Assembly: GCA_964016885.1 (NCBI GenBank)
Contig: OZ024754.1
Span: 7,750,001-7,814,000 of the forward strand
Reading direction: 5' to 3'
Length of the DNA stretch: 64,000 bases
Source of the DNA: Eledone cirrhosa
Taxonomy: Eukaryota
The position numbers were made by a program, and so were the translations under genes. The notes under the pieces are model-generated. The model searched no databases. It was not told the DNA's origin and saw only the letters and a program-made list of their open reading frames with translations. Numbering within the stretch: the first letter of the stretch is position 1; each line of letters opens with the position of its first letter. Shown here one piece after another: positions 59,025-64,000 of the stretch.

Positions 59025-59874
59025 GTGGTAGTGTGTGTGTGTGTTTGTGGCTAAATGAACAAGCCTGCGTTTTCTAGAAGAAATTACTTTCGTTTTTACC
59101 TGTCCTCACTCTAACGTATCTTTCTAATTCTTAATTTAGCTATTTTTCATTTCATAGACTGTTTTTGTGGTGAATGATTTTGGTTAGGCTCCTTATGTTT
59201 AGGTTGCTTGAGATATTTTATATCACCAGTGAACGATATATATATAGTTATGAACATTTGTTCGGTGGATTTATGAAATACTGAATGAATATTTCATGAA
59301 AGCTTCCCTAGATGGACATAGCTAAATATCAGCCATATCGATTAATATACGAGATAAAAGATAAGGAATAATTATCAAGATTACCCCCAGGAAACCCAAC
59401 TAAGTGTAGTTGTAAAGCATTTGTTAATTAACTGACCTGAACATAACTTCGCTGCAACTCAAAGTAGATGTTTTGAGAAATTTGAAATTAATAATATCAC
59501 AAGGCATGGCGATTCCAGTTAATTTCTTCATCTTCTCGTATATATGTTATGTATAGAGAGTTGGGTAGATAGATATATTGAAAGAGAGGGAGATTTCTGC
59601 CTGAACACAGATTAATTATAGCCGTTATCTACTACATCTTTCTATAGGGTGACCATACAATTGAGTTCCATTCGCCATAAATTCTGTCTAAATTAAAAAT
59701 CATTATTATTACATCGAAGCCTGCGAGATATATGACAATATATGACAGATTAGTAGTGGGTTAAAATTGGCTACATATATATTCGATACAGAAATAGTTA
59801 TAAACACAATCACCGTTACTGAATTCACTTTTAGGAACATTTAATCAACATATTGTACGATATTAATTGTTACT

Positions 59875-60233
59875 AAACTACTCGTGACCCGTTGGGTCAC
59901 TAATAGTTCAAGGTACTCGGAAAAACGCGGTCCAATGTATGCGAAACTTATTTTATTACGTCTGTATTTCCATTTCAGGGTTATGTTACTTTCGGAGTAT
60001 TTTCCCATTATACACCGTTTTGGCTATTTATGAAGGTAGTCAGAAAACCCCATATCTCGGGACCCCGTGCTCCGATTTACGCAAAACTTGTTTTATTCCA
60101 TTTGTATTACCATTTCAGTATCAACTTCCTTTCAAAGTATCTTCCCATTATGCGCCCTTTTGGCTATATTACATTACAGACAAACAGGCAGGCAAGCAAG
60201 CAAGCAATCACAGAGTTTTAGTAATATATAGAT
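59875..60233 (-). mobile_element. Non-autonomous Helitron-like element
   Basis: Minus strand starts A|TCtatatatt, has an internal tetranucleotide repeat, ends with the gtgaccc/gggtcac hairpin and GTAG|T. Confidence 0.55.
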
Positions 60234-60946
60234 AACAATCCTGCCAATTCTATGTCTACTAGTTTCAGTCATTAAATGCAGCAATGCTGGTGAACTACCA
60301 TGTTTCCAAGCCGGGAAACGAACCCCCAGCTTCTGTGGTTAGACCCATGATATTTCACCACTAGATGATAGTCGTATGTTTAACTTTCTTTATATATTTG
60401 GAAGTATAAAGTCAACAAGTATTGTGTTCATATGATTCATTCATGAACCTCTCGTAAATGTCTCATATACATATTCACGTGCAATTGTTTTTAATATCTA
60501 GATTGGTAGATTACAATCCGAATGATATTTCCTGTTAAGTTCTACATTCAGTGCCAAACCATTCCTGCCTTTGTTCTAAAATCTCATTCTAATCCCCCTT
60601 TTATAGAGTAATTATGATACTATTCTTCTACAAGCGATTCAATCCAATAAATTAATCTTAATGGAACATATGTTTGTAGGAACAGTGGGAAATAGTTTTA
60701 AGGTAATTAATTTAAGAATAAATAGATTCATTCTATTATGAGAGAAATCAGAGACAATCTCACCGTTCGTCGTTTCATATTAGTATTTCATAATCTTTGA
60801 TATTATTAAAGAGCTATCGGTAGAGCGGACGGAATATAGCTAAATTGATTTCAACCATGCTTTTACATTCAACTCAACTTAATGTTGGAAACCTCTATAA
60901 TTTCTTCAGATATAAAGCACATAGGTTAATTCACAACATTTTCGGA

Positions 60947-61059
60947 GGAGGAGGATGTCGTTTAAGTTGATACCAGTACTGGGTGAAAATACATGTGTAT
61001 ATTCAGAGGAGGAAGTCGTTTAAGTTGATACCAGTACTGGGTGAAAATACATGTGTATA
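60947..61059. repeat. ~59-bp direct duplication
   Basis: gtcgtttaagttgataccagtactgggtgaaaatacatgtgtata twice. Confidence 0.85.
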
Positions 61060-61127
61060 CACGTATATATTTCAATGGAGTTATTTCCATGCTTAACAAA
61101 AACATATTCAATTTACTTGTTAAATAT

Positions 61128-61292
61128 AATTGTCTCTACTTTAGGCACAGGCCAGCAAATACCCAGTGCATTACTGGTACTTTATTTTATCGACCCCGTA
61201 AGGATGAAACACAAAGTCAACCTCGGCGGGATTTGAACTCAGATCGTAAAGGGACGTAACTATGCTGGAAAGCATGGCGTCCGACCCTCTAC
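61128..61292 (-). mobile_element. tRNA-derived SINE with TSD
   Basis: Family consensus; tacttgttaaatataat on both sides. Confidence 0.9.
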
Positions 61293-61444
61293 TTGTTAAA
61301 TATAATCCCTATTATTTAAACTCGCCATTTTTATCATTACTATAACGTATATTTCCATTGAAAGTACGTGAACATCAACAAACGCCTGCTTGACACTATG
61401 GAGTTGGGTTATTCATCATTTGTTTTTCGAATATATATATATAT

Positions 61445-61647
61445 AGAAGTAGTATCATAACAGTTAGTTCACCATACCGAGAACCAATGTTTCACCTTGC
61501 GGATCTTCAGACTGAGCTGAAGATCCGCAAGGTGGAACATTTGTTCTCGGTATGGTGAACTAACTGTTGTGGAACTACTTCTACCAAACTTTTCCCATGG
61601 ACTGAGTGCTCTACTACTACGGATATAACCCCCCAGTGTTCTACTAT

Positions 61648-61650
<3 letters not shown>
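61445..61650 (+). mobile_element. Family H fold-back insertion with hammerhead
   Basis: Arms 61445-61510 / 61517-61583, ~65-bp tail; gag-CTGAAGA t cc gcaa gg t G(A/G)AA cattt gtt ctc. Confidence 0.8.
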
Positions 61651-61682
<32 letters not shown>

Positions 61683-61742
61683 GTGTGTGTGATGTTTAGA
61701 TCAGTTCAATTCACACCAGTATTGGCCAATACTGGCCGAAAG

Positions 61743-61816
<74 letters not shown>

Positions 61817-62028
61817 TAGGTGATCCAGTGAAATTCTGGTGGTACGAAAACAACCACTCTCTACACAGAGAGAGTGTATATATTAAAATGAATGATGTAT
61901 TTAGATTTGTATTGTGTATCGACCTGTTATGAACGTTTCACTGAAGAATTTATGGACCCAACTCCATTATCGATCTGCTCTTCAGACTGGCGATGCTACA
62001 AAAAATATAGCATTTGATGCTTTGTATG

Positions 62029-62067
<39 letters not shown>

Positions 62068-62940
62068 CGTTGATTTTTAATTATCTTTAAAGTAAAATAT
62101 TGAAAACGGTTATTCAATTATAGTGTAAACGTCTAGATAAGAGGACCACAGTTTTATCATTAAGATGTATCAAATGGTCTAATGAATAAATCACTTTTGC
62201 TCGTCCTGAACTCAGAAACAATGTGACATTCACACTGCTAACTTATTAATTTAAAGTCATTCAGCTATGATTAATGCTTTGGCATCACGATATTATCCAA
62301 ACGGAAAATAAAGAATGTCTTAGATAATAATAATTTTCTTAGGCAAATACTGTAAATACGGTTTTGAAAACTGATGTTGTATTTGCAGAGTTCATTTAAA
62401 GCCGTCGTGAGTTAATATACAATTTTGCCTTCAAGATAACCTTTACGCTAACATTATACATTAAGCCAACAAGTTCAGAGTTTCTATAATAGTGTGTAAT
62501 TGAATTATGCCTACCATAGAAAGAGGACACATGATGTGCTATAGAAATATCAGAGATTATAAAGGATAGGTTAAGTATGAATATATAAAGTGCACGCCTT
62601 AATAAAAAGGTCTCATGTATTTGTTGTTCATGAATATATTATCTTATCTTATCTTATATATATATATATATACTAATGAGTATAACCGAAGTTGCAGCTG
62701 CAACTAGCAAATTCGCATTTGTTATATATATATATGCCAAATTTAATTTAGAAATAGCTTCTACAGGACTAGAACTGTTTCATTCGAAGGAAATCACAAG
62801 GGCAGCATCAGCATAAGAAGAAGAATGCGAGAGGAGGAGGAGGAGAAGAAGAAGACGAACATCATCCGTCCCCTTCTCTTTTCATTGTTTTCTAAATATT
62901 TCTATTAACTTCCTTTGTTTTTTACACTTGATGTTATATA

Positions 62941-63125
62941 TTGGCAGTATATATTGGTAGAGGGTCGGACGCAATGCTTTGCAGCATAGAGTTACGGCCC
63001 TTTACGATCTGAATTCAAATCCCGCCGAGGTTAACTTTACCTTTCATCCTTACAGGGTCGATAAAATAAAGTACCAGTAATGCACTAGTATAATTGCTGG
63101 CCTTGTACCAACATTAGAAATAATT
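62941..63125 (+). mobile_element. tRNA-derived SINE
   Basis: Family consensus. Confidence 0.85.
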
Positions 63126-64000
63126 ATTATATACTTACAGTATATAGTTAATAGTAATTATTCTATTGACATATAATTTACATATAATTTACATATAATT
63201 TGCACCTCTATACATGTTCTGTGTTAGATTTTCCATTGTGTTTCAAAATAAAATCAGTAATTATTTTTCTTCTATTTTTGTTTAACATTATTAATTAACT
63301 TAGTGTCTAATTGAAAACATTATAATTATAACTTCAATTTAAGACAGCTAGTGTATTGCTACTTATTTATTTTAATTGTTACCACTTAAAATTTTAAATA
63401 ATTATCTCTTAACTTTATAATATTCTTCACAAACAGTTTTTGTTTTTTTTCTAAGGTTCATGGGCTACGTTCTGAAATTCATTAACTCTAAAGTATAACA
63501 TAAGCCAATTTATTAATTATACATCAATATGCGCTCTTTAAAGTGTCTTGTTTATAAATAGCGAAACTATTCTGTTTATTTTACCTAAGTAAAAATCAAA
63601 AACAAACAATACATTTGCACTCATTAACTTGGTTCGACTTAACCTTTCAGATGTTACAATTGAGGACAATGTTGGTAGAACTCTGGAATTGAACCATCAA
63701 GACAGTTGAGGTATGTCATACATCAAATCATGTAATTTATCTGACGAGGACGTACAGAAAAAAACCTTCGAAATATATATAATAAAACATATATTTTGAT
63801 TATGTGAATGTCTTCATTTATTATTATTCTGAATAATAATAACTTCAGAAAACTTTCTTGTAGAGTGCTTTTAATCTATTGTAAAACTATATTCATTGAG
63901 TAATCAATGAACCATATTAATCTTTTGTTTTATATATATATATTTATACACATACACTTTCTTATTCTATTACGTGTTCCGGGCGAGAGGCTGACGTCAG

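Noticed and set aside
61930-61990. Further hammerhead candidates (minus strand here; also 61715-61745 and ~7960-8025)
   Set aside because: Core fragments are present but stems I and II do not pair convincingly by eye

Overview
AT-rich, microsatellite-saturated eukaryotic DNA, probably octopus/cephalopod (inferred from the SINE sequence and the (TA)n/(CA)n load). No host gene exon could be supported. The only real long ORF (46553-48994, +) is an intact Penelope-like retroelement (PLE) of Naiad type: RT plus C-terminal GIY-YIG endonuclease. It has 332-bp direct pseudo-LTRs, a ~3.5-kb microsatellite-rich 3' UTR and a ~2.97-kb inverted copy of its own 3' part at the 5' end, all within a (TA)n array. 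About 20 short insertions from roughly 10 other families sit in (TA)n tracts, and most share the same geometry: a fold-back inverted arm, a longer arm with a unique tail, and often a type I hammerhead ribozyme (HHR). They include a 310-nt retrozyme-like circularly permuted unit, HHRs with very large stem II insertions, and HHRs with a U3:A8 covariant core. A shared ATYGAGTNCT motif lies in the tails of otherwise unrelated families. Also present are tRNA-derived SINEs, RTE LINE fragments, a bipartite non-autonomous RTE element, hAT and Tc1/mariner MITEs, Helitron-like ends, minisatellites, a local duplication and a 200-N gap. All alignments and folds were done by eye.
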